Of a stretch of DNA of 64,000 bases, positions 19,685 through 27,262 are shown in pieces; the stretch's first letter is position 1, and every line of letters starts with the position of its first letter. This DNA is from Dehalococcoidia bacterium (GTDB taxonomy: Bacteria; Chloroflexota; Dehalococcoidia; Plut-88900). The notes under the pieces were generated by a model, which had not been told where the DNA came from, did not search any database, and was given only the letters and a program-made list of their open reading frames with translations. The stretch covers positions 295,419 to 359,418 of the forward strand of contig CBDBLV010000003.1 in assembly GCA_965207225.1 (NCBI GenBank). The letters are read 5' to 3'. A program made the position numbers and the translations under genes.

Positions 19685-19824
19685 CAGTATTGAACTAGAG
19701 GCATACGCATGTGCGTTGCACATGCGTATGCCTCTGTTCTTCTTCCCCCTCTCCCTTAAAGGCCCTAAGAGCCTGCCCCGAGTCCCTCGAGGGGGAGAGG
19801 GGGATCAAGGGGGTGAGGGTTCCC
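19685..19824 (+). repeat. Composite palindromic repeat, copy 1 (variable 18-bp hairpin + boxC-like module)
   Basis: CAGTATTGAACT, then AGAGGCATACGCATGTGC-GTT-GCACATGCGTATGCCTCT, then CCCCCTCTCCCTT..GGGAGAGGGGGATCAAGGGGGTGAGGGTTCCC. Homologous to 20849-20966 and 50902-51018. Confidence 0.85.
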
Positions 19825-19867
19825 CCGTGGAGCCGAGGGGCATTCCATCCCCAAGAAGATCGGACAT

Positions 19868-19896
19868 TTGCACTATATGAACCCCCGTGCTATATT
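19868..19896 (+). promoter_or_regulatory. Sigma70-type promoter
   Basis: TTGCAC-17nt-TATATT. Confidence 0.55.
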
Positions 19897-20153
19897 ACGC
19901 CCCAGGCCGCCGACCTCACACCTCGGCGCCCATCACAATGCAGGATCAAAGGAGTCCCATGAGCCGCATAAGCCTACACAGGCCCCGTCTCAGCCGAACG
20001 GTATCCCACCGCCCGGCCCCCGGCACGCGCCTCCTCCCAGGCTCCTTTCTCTTTCCACCCGACGTCCTGCACCCCAACACCCACTACAAGCGCTGCCCAA
20101 AGGACCAACGCCTTGGCCTTCGCAGCGATCAATCACCGCCCCGCCCCCCGCAA

Positions 20154-20724
20154 GGAAGGTCCCCGGACAAATTACGGCACGCCCTATACAAGGGCCATTG
20201 CCAGGTGCGCGCCCCGCTCATAGGGCGCAACGGTTTCGTCCCGACAGACGACGCTAAGGAGCACGGTGTAATGCTGCTCCACCGGGCCATAGCGCCCTTC
20301 TTGGATTCCACCGTCGTCACCATCGGAAAACTCCGGTCTACGAACGGCGGTCACGGGTCCTCGCTCCCATCCCTCAGGGTGGTAAAGCACTTCCGGTGGT
20401 CGAGACTGCCCCAGAGCGAGAGTTTCTCGTGTCTCGTCCGCGTCCCCTCGGAAGTATGGGGCTGTGATTCCACCGTCGTCACCACCGGCATGTTCCGGTC
20501 TATGAACGGCGGTCACGGGTCCATGCTCTCACCCCTTGGGGTGCTAGAGCGCTTCCGGTGGACGAGGCTGCCCCAGAGCGAGATTTTCTCGCGTCTCGTC
20601 CATACCCTATCGGAAGTGTGGGGCTGTCGCAGGGTCGACGCTGGTGTGGACTGTCCCCAGGGGCGGACACCCCGCATCGGTACAGGCGTCGCCGACATCC
20701 TGCGCAAACCGTCCGGGACCTTCC
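20154..20724 (+). ncRNA. Candidate large structured non-coding element, locus A
   Basis: Closed by GGAAGGTCCCCGGAC / GTCCGGGACCTTCC. Many internal stems with G-U pairs on the + strand. Shares motifs with 50290-50597(-). Confidence 0.5.
20304..20627 (+). repeat. Tandem duplication, 2 x 162 bp
   Basis: Units start GATTCCACCGTCGTCACCA at 20304 and 20466 and both end TGGGGCTGT. They are colinear with scattered substitutions. Confidence 0.92.
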
Positions 20725-20848
20725 ACCACCTCCCTTCCTTGTCCGCCATTCCCTCTCTTACGACCGTCAATCCTGCGGAGGCAGGAACCCATCCCTTCGA
20801 AACAACCACCCCCAGCTGTGCAACTCACCCCATCCCCTCTCTTTTCTC

Positions 20849-20966
20849 CAGTACTGAACTAGAGGCAGGGGTTGGCGCTAAAGCGCCAACCCCTGCCTCT
20901 GTTTTTCTCTCCCCCTCTCCCTTGAAGGCCCTAAGGGAGAGGGGGATCAAGGGGGTGAGGGTTCCC
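20849..20966 (+). repeat. Composite palindromic repeat, copy 2
   Basis: CAGTACTGAACT, then AGAGGCAGGGGTTGGCGCT-AA-AGCGCCAACCCCTGCCTCT, then the same boxC-like module. Confidence 0.85.
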
Positions 20967-21068
20967 CTGTGGGGCTGGGGGTATTCCCTCTCCGTAAGGG
21001 CGACCAGCTGGTCGCCCTCCCCTTGCTACCTGCGCCACGCGAAATCCCCAGAAATCCCTTCAGGCGTC

Positions 21069-21121
21069 GTTCAATCAAACCAGCTACGAGTTCAATCAAT
21101 GTTCAATCAACGTTTAATCAA
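21069..21121 (+). repeat. Four phased GTT(C/T)AATCAA direct repeats
   Basis: Copies at 21069, 21090, 21101 and 21112. Confidence 0.8.
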
Positions 21122-21180
21122 AAACCCGCAACTGAATAAGAGGCCCGACCCATTGCCAACCCGCCGGACCAGCCGCCAAC

Positions 21181-21209
21181 TTGACAGCCTCAACCCTCGC
21201 CACTATCCT
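21181..21209 (+). promoter_or_regulatory. Sigma70-type promoter of the solute-binding protein gene
   Basis: TTGACA-17nt-TATCCT; AGGAGG Shine-Dalgarno before ATG 21340. Confidence 0.6.
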
Positions 21210-21339
21210 AGCTCCACCCTAGCGGGTCTTGCGGCGGTCGCCCCGCCGTTGAGGTGGAGAGCCCCGTCGCAGGTATCCCGTTTACCCCAGTCCCAATCGG
21301 CGTTCATCAGAGTCCATCAAGAAAACAGGAGGACCTTGT

Positions 21340-22764
21340 ATGAAGCTAGGAAGATATAGCTATAGGAGAGCCGGCCGCGGCAGGCTGATGATAGCCGCGC
21401 TGGGGCTGGCCTTGATTGTCCTGATGGTCATGGCAGCCTGTGGCGAAGCTGCTACGGCCACGCCCGAGCCCGCGCCTCCGGAGCCCGAGCCCACCGCCAT
21501 GCCGGAGCCCACCGCCATGCCGGATGAGCCGGACGAGCCGGATGCACCGGCGCCCACGGCCATGCCGGACGAGCCGGACGCACCGGCCCCCACGGCTGCA
21601 CCGCAACCCACGGCGACCCCCGAACCGCCCGCAGGGCCCCGGGCCATGTCCGAATGGACCGTCGACAACCCGGCCACCCGGGAAGAGATCGAGAACGAGC
21701 TTCAGAGATTCCGGGGCCAGAGCCTGGTATTCGCCACATGGGGCGGCGCCTACGAGGCAGCCCAGGCGAACGCCTACATGGCCCCCTTCCAGGAGCAGTT
21801 CGGTGTCGAAATAGTCACCGACACCATGAACTACGCCAAGGTCAGGGCCCAGGTCGAAACGGGCAACCTGCAGTGGCACGTCCTGGACTACGGCGGACAG
21901 GCCGCCTGGCAGGCCGCCACCGACGGATTCCTGGAAGAGTTGGACTTCAGCATCATTGACAACCGGGACTTCCTGGAAGCCGGCAGGTCGCCATACTTCG
22001 GTGGTGGTGGCATAACCTGGTCCAACGTGGTTGCCTACAGCCTGGAGGCCGTAGATGAGCTCTGGGGCGGCACACACCCGACCACCATGGCCGACGTGTT
22101 CGACTGGGATAACTTCCCCGGCGAGCGCTCGCTGGCCTCTCCGGAATGGAGTTGGAAGACCAGCCTCCGGTTCGCCCTCCTTGCCGATGAGCCGGAACTC
22201 CTGGAGACTGCCGAAGGCCGGGCCTCCCTCACGATCCTTTCCGACGAGCAGATAGACAGGGCGTACGAGTTGCTGGACGACATCGGTCCCAGGATCAAGT
22301 TCTGGTGGAGTTCGGGAGTGGACTGCCCCTCGGGCCTGATTGCCCGGGAGATCGACTTCTGCACGGCCTGGAACGGCAGGATCTTCGACGCCGAAGTCAA
22401 AGAGGGTGAGCCTATCACCATCTGTTGGACCTGCGGCCACATGATCAACACCGACTCCTGGGGCGCCCCCAGGGGCCTGAAGGACCAGGACGCCAACCTC
22501 TTCGAGCTGGCGCAGCTGTTCATGGCCTGGACCTCCTTCCCGGAGATCAACGCCGAGCTGTCCAAGTACATCAGCTACGGCCCCATGAATCTGGCGGCAG
22601 TGCCCATCCTGGACGGCCCGGATTTCGATGAGGTCCGGGACCACCTCCCCACCTCGTCCTCCAACGTCCCCTACGCCATCATCGAGGACGAGAACCACGA
22701 TGGTCAGATAGGCGACGTTATGGGTGAACGCTGGGTCGCCTGGCAGCAGTCGCTGACCAACTAG
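21340..22764 (+). CDS. ABC transporter extracellular solute-binding lipoprotein (PotD/PotF-like)
   Basis: Signal peptide with lipobox MAAC, a Pro/Thr/Ala-rich repeated linker (PTAMPDEPDAPA), and the motifs LVFATWGGAY, KVRAQVETGN..W and AWNGR. Confidence 0.88.
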   Translation: MKLGRYSYRRAGRGRLMIAALGLALIVLMVMAACGEAATATPEPAPPEPEPTAMPEPTAMPDEPDEPDAPAPTAMPDEPDAPAPTAAPQPTATPEPPAGPRAMSEWTVDNPATREEIENELQRFRGQSLVFATWGGAYEAAQANAYMAPFQEQFGVEIVTDTMNYAKVRAQVETGNLQWHVLDYGGQAAWQAATDGFLEELDFSIIDNRDFLEAGRSPYFGGGGITWSNVVAYSLEAVDELWGGTHPTTMADVFDWDNFPGERSLASPEWSWKTSLRFALLADEPELLETAEGRASLTILSDEQIDRAYELLDDIGPRIKFWWSSGVDCPSGLIAREIDFCTAWNGRIFDAEVKEGEPITICWTCGHMINTDSWGAPRGLKDQDANLFELAQLFMAWTSFPEINAELSKYISYGPMNLAAVPILDGPDFDEVRDHLPTSSSNVPYAIIEDENHDGQIGDVMGERWVAWQQSLTN

Positions 22765-22791
22765 GCCCGGTTTACAACTGAATAGGGATTT

Positions 22792-22830
22792 TTGGGGCCC
22801 CCAGCGTTGCCGGGGGCCCCAACTTCTGTC
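22792..22830 (+). terminator. Intrinsic terminator
   Basis: TTGGGGCCCCC..GGGGGCCCCAA hairpin followed by a pyrimidine run, just after the stop codon. Confidence 0.7.
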
Positions 22831-22932
22831 TTCTTGTTCGCGACCGGCTTACCATTCTCCGGGCCTCTCACCGACATATCGGGACTTGGGATAATAACCT
22901 GTTGCCAAATCCCATTCCGTATGTAAGAATCG

Positions 22933-23063
22933 GTTCAGAACCAAATTGGGTTTGACAAAAGCCTCGCCAGTGAGGAGCCCAGAAGGGCCGGGGAGCGGCG
23001 AGGCAGCTACAACTGAATCCAAATCTGAATTGTAGGTGGCGGTCTACTTGACCGCCGCTTTTT
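22933..23063 (+). ncRNA. Candidate structured leader/small RNA ending in a terminator upstream of mgtE
   Basis: Nested pairings TTCAGA/TCTGAA, TTGGGTTTG/TGAATCCAA and GCCTCGCC/GGCGAGGC, then GGCGGTC-TACTT-GACCGCC-GCTTTTT. Confidence 0.45.
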
Positions 23064-24441
23064 GTTTGTGGAGATCGTCCTTCCCATGCTGGAACGGATA
23101 GACACAACGCCATCATCGATGGATGAGATCAAGACCCACCTGGACCAGCGCGAGCTGAACCATGCGGTGTCGGCCCTGGAGGCCCTCGAGCCCGGCAACA
23201 GGGCCTCGGTGCTGTTCCAGCTGGATGTCCGTTCCCGCCAACTGCTTTTCTCGGGCCTGACCCATAAGGCAGCGGGGCGGGTGCTGTCTGTGCTGGACGT
23301 AGAGGACGCGCTGGAACTCATCCGCGGGGCGGACCCCGTTCTGATCGCCCTCTGGCTCGAGCACGCCGGTCCTATGGCGGGTTCCCAAGTATTACGCGCC
23401 CTGCCCCCAACCTTTGCCCAAAAGGTCCTCGACGCTTTCCCCGCATCCGACTCCTTGCTCCCCCTCATCGACAGTCCCGGGAGCACGGCGGGGGCCCTGA
23501 TGACGCCCGAGTTCGTCGCCTTCAAGGAGTGGATGTCCGCCTCGGAGGCGCTGGACTTTCTGAGAGCGTCGCGCCCTGACCCCAAGCTCGCAGCACGAGC
23601 CTACGTGGTCGACATGTGGGACCGGCTCACGGGGGCGGTATCCATGACGGACCTGGTAATGGCCGACCCGGCCACTCCCCTGCGGGAAGTGATGGACTCC
23701 CGTTTGATATTCGTGGCGCCCGGCACCCGGCAGGACGAGTGTGCACGTCTGATGCTGCGCCACAACCTCCCCTCCATACCGGTGACCGACGAGCGAGGGA
23801 CCCTCCTGGGAGCGGTCTCCATGGACCAGGCCGTGGACTCCATAGAGGAAAAAGTTTCCAAGGACATGTACCGCCTGTCGGCGCTGTCCCAGCCGGAGCG
23901 GCTCGGGACCCCGGTTTCCACCTCCGTCCGGAACCGTCTGCCCTGGTTGGCGCTGAACCTCGCCACCATCGGCATAGGGTCGGTGGTCATAAGCCTGTTC
24001 GAGTCGACCATAGCCAAGATGGTGATCCTGGCGGCCTTCATTCCGGTGGTGGCAAGCCAGGGAGGGGTGGGGGGTGCACAGACCATCACACTGATGATCA
24101 GGGGGCTGGCCCTGGGGGACATCACATTCAAGGACACCCGCAAGGCCCTGGTGAAGGAGTTTGCCCTGGGTTTGACCAACGGCCTCGTCTTGGGCCTGAT
24201 GGTAGGGGTGGCGTCCTATGCGTGGAAGGGAGACATAGTGCTGGGTATGGCGCTGGCAATAGCCATGCTCGGCACCATGATAATGGCCGGGATAAGCGGC
24301 GTGGCCGTGCCCCTGGGCCTGAAGCTCTTCAGGATAGACCCGGCGGTAGCCTCCATGGTATTCGTGACCACCATTACGGATATCTGCGGCTTCCTGCTGT
24401 TCCTAGGGCTGGCCGGAATACTCCTCAACGCCCTAGGATGA
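23062..24441 (+). CDS. mgtE: Magnesium transporter MgtE
   Basis: TAGALMTPEF, tandem CBS domains, RLPWL, FIPVVASQGG..GAQ, IDPAVAS..VTTITD. Start uncertain (TTG 23062 or a downstream ATG). Confidence 0.9.
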   Translation: MFVEIVLPMLERIDTTPSSMDEIKTHLDQRELNHAVSALEALEPGNRASVLFQLDVRSRQLLFSGLTHKAAGRVLSVLDVEDALELIRGADPVLIALWLEHAGPMAGSQVLRALPPTFAQKVLDAFPASDSLLPLIDSPGSTAGALMTPEFVAFKEWMSASEALDFLRASRPDPKLAARAYVVDMWDRLTGAVSMTDLVMADPATPLREVMDSRLIFVAPGTRQDECARLMLRHNLPSIPVTDERGTLLGAVSMDQAVDSIEEKVSKDMYRLSALSQPERLGTPVSTSVRNRLPWLALNLATIGIGSVVISLFESTIAKMVILAAFIPVVASQGGVGGAQTITLMIRGLALGDITFKDTRKALVKEFALGLTNGLVLGLMVGVASYAWKGDIVLGMALAIAMLGTMIMAGISGVAVPLGLKLFRIDPAVASMVFVTTITDICGFLLFLGLAGILLNALG

Positions 24442-24472
24442 CATTGCGGGCAACATTAGGATGCCCCCGACC

Positions 24473-24784
24473 CTATTCCAGTGATACCTGGACATCTTCG
24501 CCCTCCACCCTGACCCGGAAGGTGTAGATGTTGTCCTGTACCGGCGGTGTGAGGGCCTCTCCGGTGGTGATGTCGAACTCTGCCCCGTGCCACGGGCATA
24601 TCACCACCTTTCCTTCCATTTCTCCTTCGTCCAACGGCCCACCTGCGTGGGGACACTCGGCGCTGAAGGCGTAGTACTCACCGTTGGCATTAGCCACCAC
24701 TACCTCCTCATCGTCGATCTCCACCAGGAGCATCTGCCCGGGCCCCAGGTCCGTCGTTTTTGCCACGTTCACAAAGTCGGCCAT
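24473..24784 (-). CDS. Rieske [2Fe-2S] ferredoxin
   Basis: CPHAGGPL...CPWHGAEFD; 103 aa, acidic. Confidence 0.92.
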   Translation of the reverse strand: MADFVNVAKTTDLGPGQMLLVEIDDEEVVVANANGEYYAFSAECPHAGGPLDEGEMEGKVVICPWHGAEFDITTGEALTPPVQDNIYTFRVRVEGEDVQVSLE

Positions 24785-24841
24785 CGAATATCCTCTTCTC
24801 TTTCGTGGGGACCTCTCTTACCGTCGGGCCAGGGCATAGGA

Positions 24842-24865
24842 AAAGCCCCTGCCGGCAGGGGCTTT
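24842..24865 (-). terminator. Palindromic terminator-like hairpin
   Basis: AAAGCCCCTGCCGGCAGGGGCTTT with a T-run on the - strand. Confidence 0.55.
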
Positions 24866-24903
24866 GGCGCCATTGGGTTGAGAGTTCATCTGTTGTCCCT
24901 TAT

Positions 24904-25518
24904 CTAGCTCTCCTCAATGAAGAACCTGCAGTTGTGTGCGCCGCCCACCACCGAACATTCCAGCATCACCTCGCGGTCGAGGACTTCCTTCAGGAAGGCG
25001 ACCTCCATGTTGCAAATGTCGGCGCACTCGTTGGCAACGTGAAGGTACGGGCAGTTGTGGGCGGTCACGGAGTAGCCGTGCTGGTCCTTCTGCCAAGTGG
25101 CCAGAGAGCCTATCTTGTTCATCACCCGGGTGGCGCCCTTGATCCGCTCCGCCAAGTCCTCCGACTTGACCTCATCTGCGTTGGACCGGGCCATCTCCAC
25201 ACCCACCCGCTTCAGCACCTGCTTCACCGAGTCGTTGCCGTAGAGGTCCCGTATGTTGCTGATCAGGCTGGCGGCCAAGTGGTCGTAGTCCTTGGGGAAC
25301 AGGTCCTCGGCGGCGTCGGTGAGGGAATACACGATTCTCGGCCTGCCCGCCTTGCCGGTGCGCAGCTCTTTTCTCTTGACGAGGTTACTCCGCTCCAACA
25401 CGTTGATGTGGGCCCTGATGGTGACGGGCATGATCTGGAGCTCGCGGCCCAGTTGATCGACGCTCATGCCGCCCTTGAGCTTGATGCAGTCCAGGATCTG
25501 CCTGCGAGTATGTTGCAT
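24904..25518 (-). CDS. ArsR/SufR-like winged-helix transcriptional regulator
   Basis: N-terminal HTH, GRPR..Y.LT, FPKDY and C-terminal Cys cluster (NCPY, IC..E, C.F). Start could be 25542. Confidence 0.85.
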   Translation of the reverse strand: MQHTRRQILDCIKLKGGMSVDQLGRELQIMPVTIRAHINVLERSNLVKRKELRTGKAGRPRIVYSLTDAAEDLFPKDYDHLAASLISNIRDLYGNDSVKQVLKRVGVEMARSNADEVKSEDLAERIKGATRVMNKIGSLATWQKDQHGYSVTAHNCPYLHVANECADICNMEVAFLKEVLDREVMLECSVVGGAHNCRFFIEES

Positions 25519-25658
25519 GTCGATGCGTGTCTCCACCCGCATGGTGCGGGCCCCGCCACCCCGGGCGCCCCACTTTCGGATGAAGATACTATACACCGTG
25601 CGCAAATCAAGTCAAACACAAACATCATGGTTTACACGGAAACGTGTATAATATTCTC

Positions 25659-25913
25659 ATGGTTGAGGGAAAGACCGGAAGCTGTGCGTGGAATGCAGAG
25701 AGCGTCAGGGAGCTGCGGCGACGGCTCGGGGTTACCCAGCATCAGCTGGCCCGGCGGCTCGGGGTCCGGCAACAGACAGTCAGCGAGTGGGAGACGGGCC
25801 TCTACACCCCTCGGGGGGCTTCGGTTACCCTCCTCGGAATGGTCTCGGAGGAAGCGGGGCCCGAGTATAGGACTAGCCATCCCCCGGAGTTGGAGGCAGG
25901 CGGCGCCGGATGA
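25659..25913 (+). CDS. XRE-family helix-turn-helix protein
   Basis: LRRRLGVTQHQLARRLGVRQQTVSEWETG; TATAAT lies 6 nt before the ATG. Confidence 0.85.
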   Translation: MVEGKTGSCAWNAESVRELRRRLGVTQHQLARRLGVRQQTVSEWETGLYTPRGASVTLLGMVSEEAGPEYRTSHPPELEAGGAG

Positions 25914-27208
25914 TTGCCGGAACGGGACCAATGCGACCTGCGAGCGAAGGCCTTCTACACGGGGTGTGGGTGCGGCGGGAGTACGAAGAGCGCAGAATCC
26001 GGACCGTCAACGGGGCTGAGGTCCAGGTGGTCTTTCCGGGCCGGCTGAACGGCGCCGAGGGACCAGACTTCCTGGACGCCTCGGTACACGTGGAGGGGCG
26101 GGGGCTGATGCGTGGGGACGTAGAGGTCCACGTCCGGGCCCGGGACTGGATTTCCCACGGGCACCACCGAGACCCTGTCTACAACCGGGTGGTGCTCCAC
26201 GTGGTCTGGGATGCCGACTCCTTGTGGACCGAGCGACAGGACGGCGAGCATATAGAAACCGTTTCCCTTAAGGGGTGTGTTGCGTTCAACGGGGAGGGGA
26301 CCGACTGGAAGGCCGGTCTACTGAGCCCAGCGGATTGCTGCGATCGGGCCCGGGCCCTGGGGCCCGAGGGGCTGGGGCGGGTCCTGGATGGGGCAGGAGA
26401 TGAACGTTTGGCGGCAAAGTCGGCCCGCTTCGAGGGGGAGTTGGACGGGCTGGCGCCGGAGGAGGTCCTCTTCAGGGGCCTAATGCGGGCCCTCGGCTAC
26501 AGCAGGAACCGGGAGCCCTTCCTTGAACTGGCAAGGCTGCTGCCCTGGTCCGCCATTGAGGCCCTGGCCTATCCCCTGCCCGACGAAGAGCGTTCCGGTG
26601 CGATAACCGCCTGGCTGCTGGGCGTGGCTGGTCTGCTTGAAGCAGCACCGGCGTCGGCGCGGGAGCTGTGGCACTGGTTACCCCTCCGAAGGGAGATGGA
26701 CGGCTCCTGGTGGCGGCTGGCCGGAGTCAGGCCCGCAAACCACCCGGCCAGAAGGATACTTGGGGCCGGAGAGGTGCTGGCGCGGTTCGCGGGTGAGGGT
26801 CTGATGGAAGGGTTCAAGCGGGCGACGCTGTTGGCGGCGCACCACCGGGACCCGGGGCTGCTTTTGGAGCTCCTTGTTGCACCTCCATTCATAGGTCGTG
26901 AGCGGGCCCGGGAGATGGTAGTCAACGTGGCGCTGCCTTTCTTCCATGCCCTTGGAGGCAGGAACGAAGAACTATCCCGCGCTGCGCTGCAGCTGTTCGC
27001 CCTGGCGCCCGCGGGCCAAGGGAACCGGAAGGTGAAGGACATGGCCATGCAGCTGGGTATTGGGAGAACACTAAAAGTACCCCTTACAGCCCGCCGGGAG
27101 CAGGGCCTCATCCACCTCATTGAGGGGCCGTGCCGCTACGGCTGGTGTGCGGGCTGCCCCGTTGGCCGTGCCGTACCCTATTCCAAGACCCTGGCGGCGG
27201 TGTCCTGA
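25910..27208 (+). CDS. DUF2851 family protein
   Basis: PG..N...GPDF.DA, GDVEVH....W..HGH..DP.YN.VVLHVV, LGY..N..PF and RPANHP.RRI. ATGA overlap with the HTH gene. Confidence 0.82.
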   Translation: MIAGTGPMRPASEGLLHGVWVRREYEERRIRTVNGAEVQVVFPGRLNGAEGPDFLDASVHVEGRGLMRGDVEVHVRARDWISHGHHRDPVYNRVVLHVVWDADSLWTERQDGEHIETVSLKGCVAFNGEGTDWKAGLLSPADCCDRARALGPEGLGRVLDGAGDERLAAKSARFEGELDGLAPEEVLFRGLMRALGYSRNREPFLELARLLPWSAIEALAYPLPDEERSGAITAWLLGVAGLLEAAPASARELWHWLPLRREMDGSWWRLAGVRPANHPARRILGAGEVLARFAGEGLMEGFKRATLLAAHHRDPGLLLELLVAPPFIGRERAREMVVNVALPFFHALGGRNEELSRAALQLFALAPAGQGNRKVKDMAMQLGIGRTLKVPLTARREQGLIHLIEGPCRYGWCAGCPVGRAVPYSKTLAAVS

Positions 27209-27262
27209 TAGGGATGGGGTGGCCCGTCTGTTGATGGTCAACGCGTTATAATATCTCCTGCC

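Noticed and set aside
20154-20724. Retron msr-msd or RNase P RNA identity for the inverted-repeat-closed element
   Set aside because: No reverse transcriptase is in the window. GGAAGGTCC only superficially resembles the RNase P GAGGAAAGTCC motif, and the 3' consensus is missing.
19685-20966. CRISPR-like reading of constant flanks with variable cores
   Set aside because: Copies are dispersed rather than arrayed, the variable part is self-complementary, and no cas genes are present.
19887-21359. 490-aa ORF spanning the intergenic region
   Set aside because: It runs through palindromic repeats, the tandem duplication and the next gene's promoter. It is P/R/S-rich with no recognisable domain, and homologous locus B has no equivalent ORF. 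An SD-ATG at ~19959 means a short or remnant gene cannot be fully excluded.
15119-22698. Long antisense ORFs over the CoA transferase and SBP genes (15119..16303, 21346..22698; similar cases at 1915..3174, 7161..8360, 29830..30867, 46763..47839 and 49038..50069)
   Set aside because: Each fully overlaps a well-supported gene on the opposite strand and has no motifs.
24760-26019. 419-aa plus-strand ORF
   Set aside because: Antisense to the SufR-like gene and out of frame with the HTH gene; no motifs.
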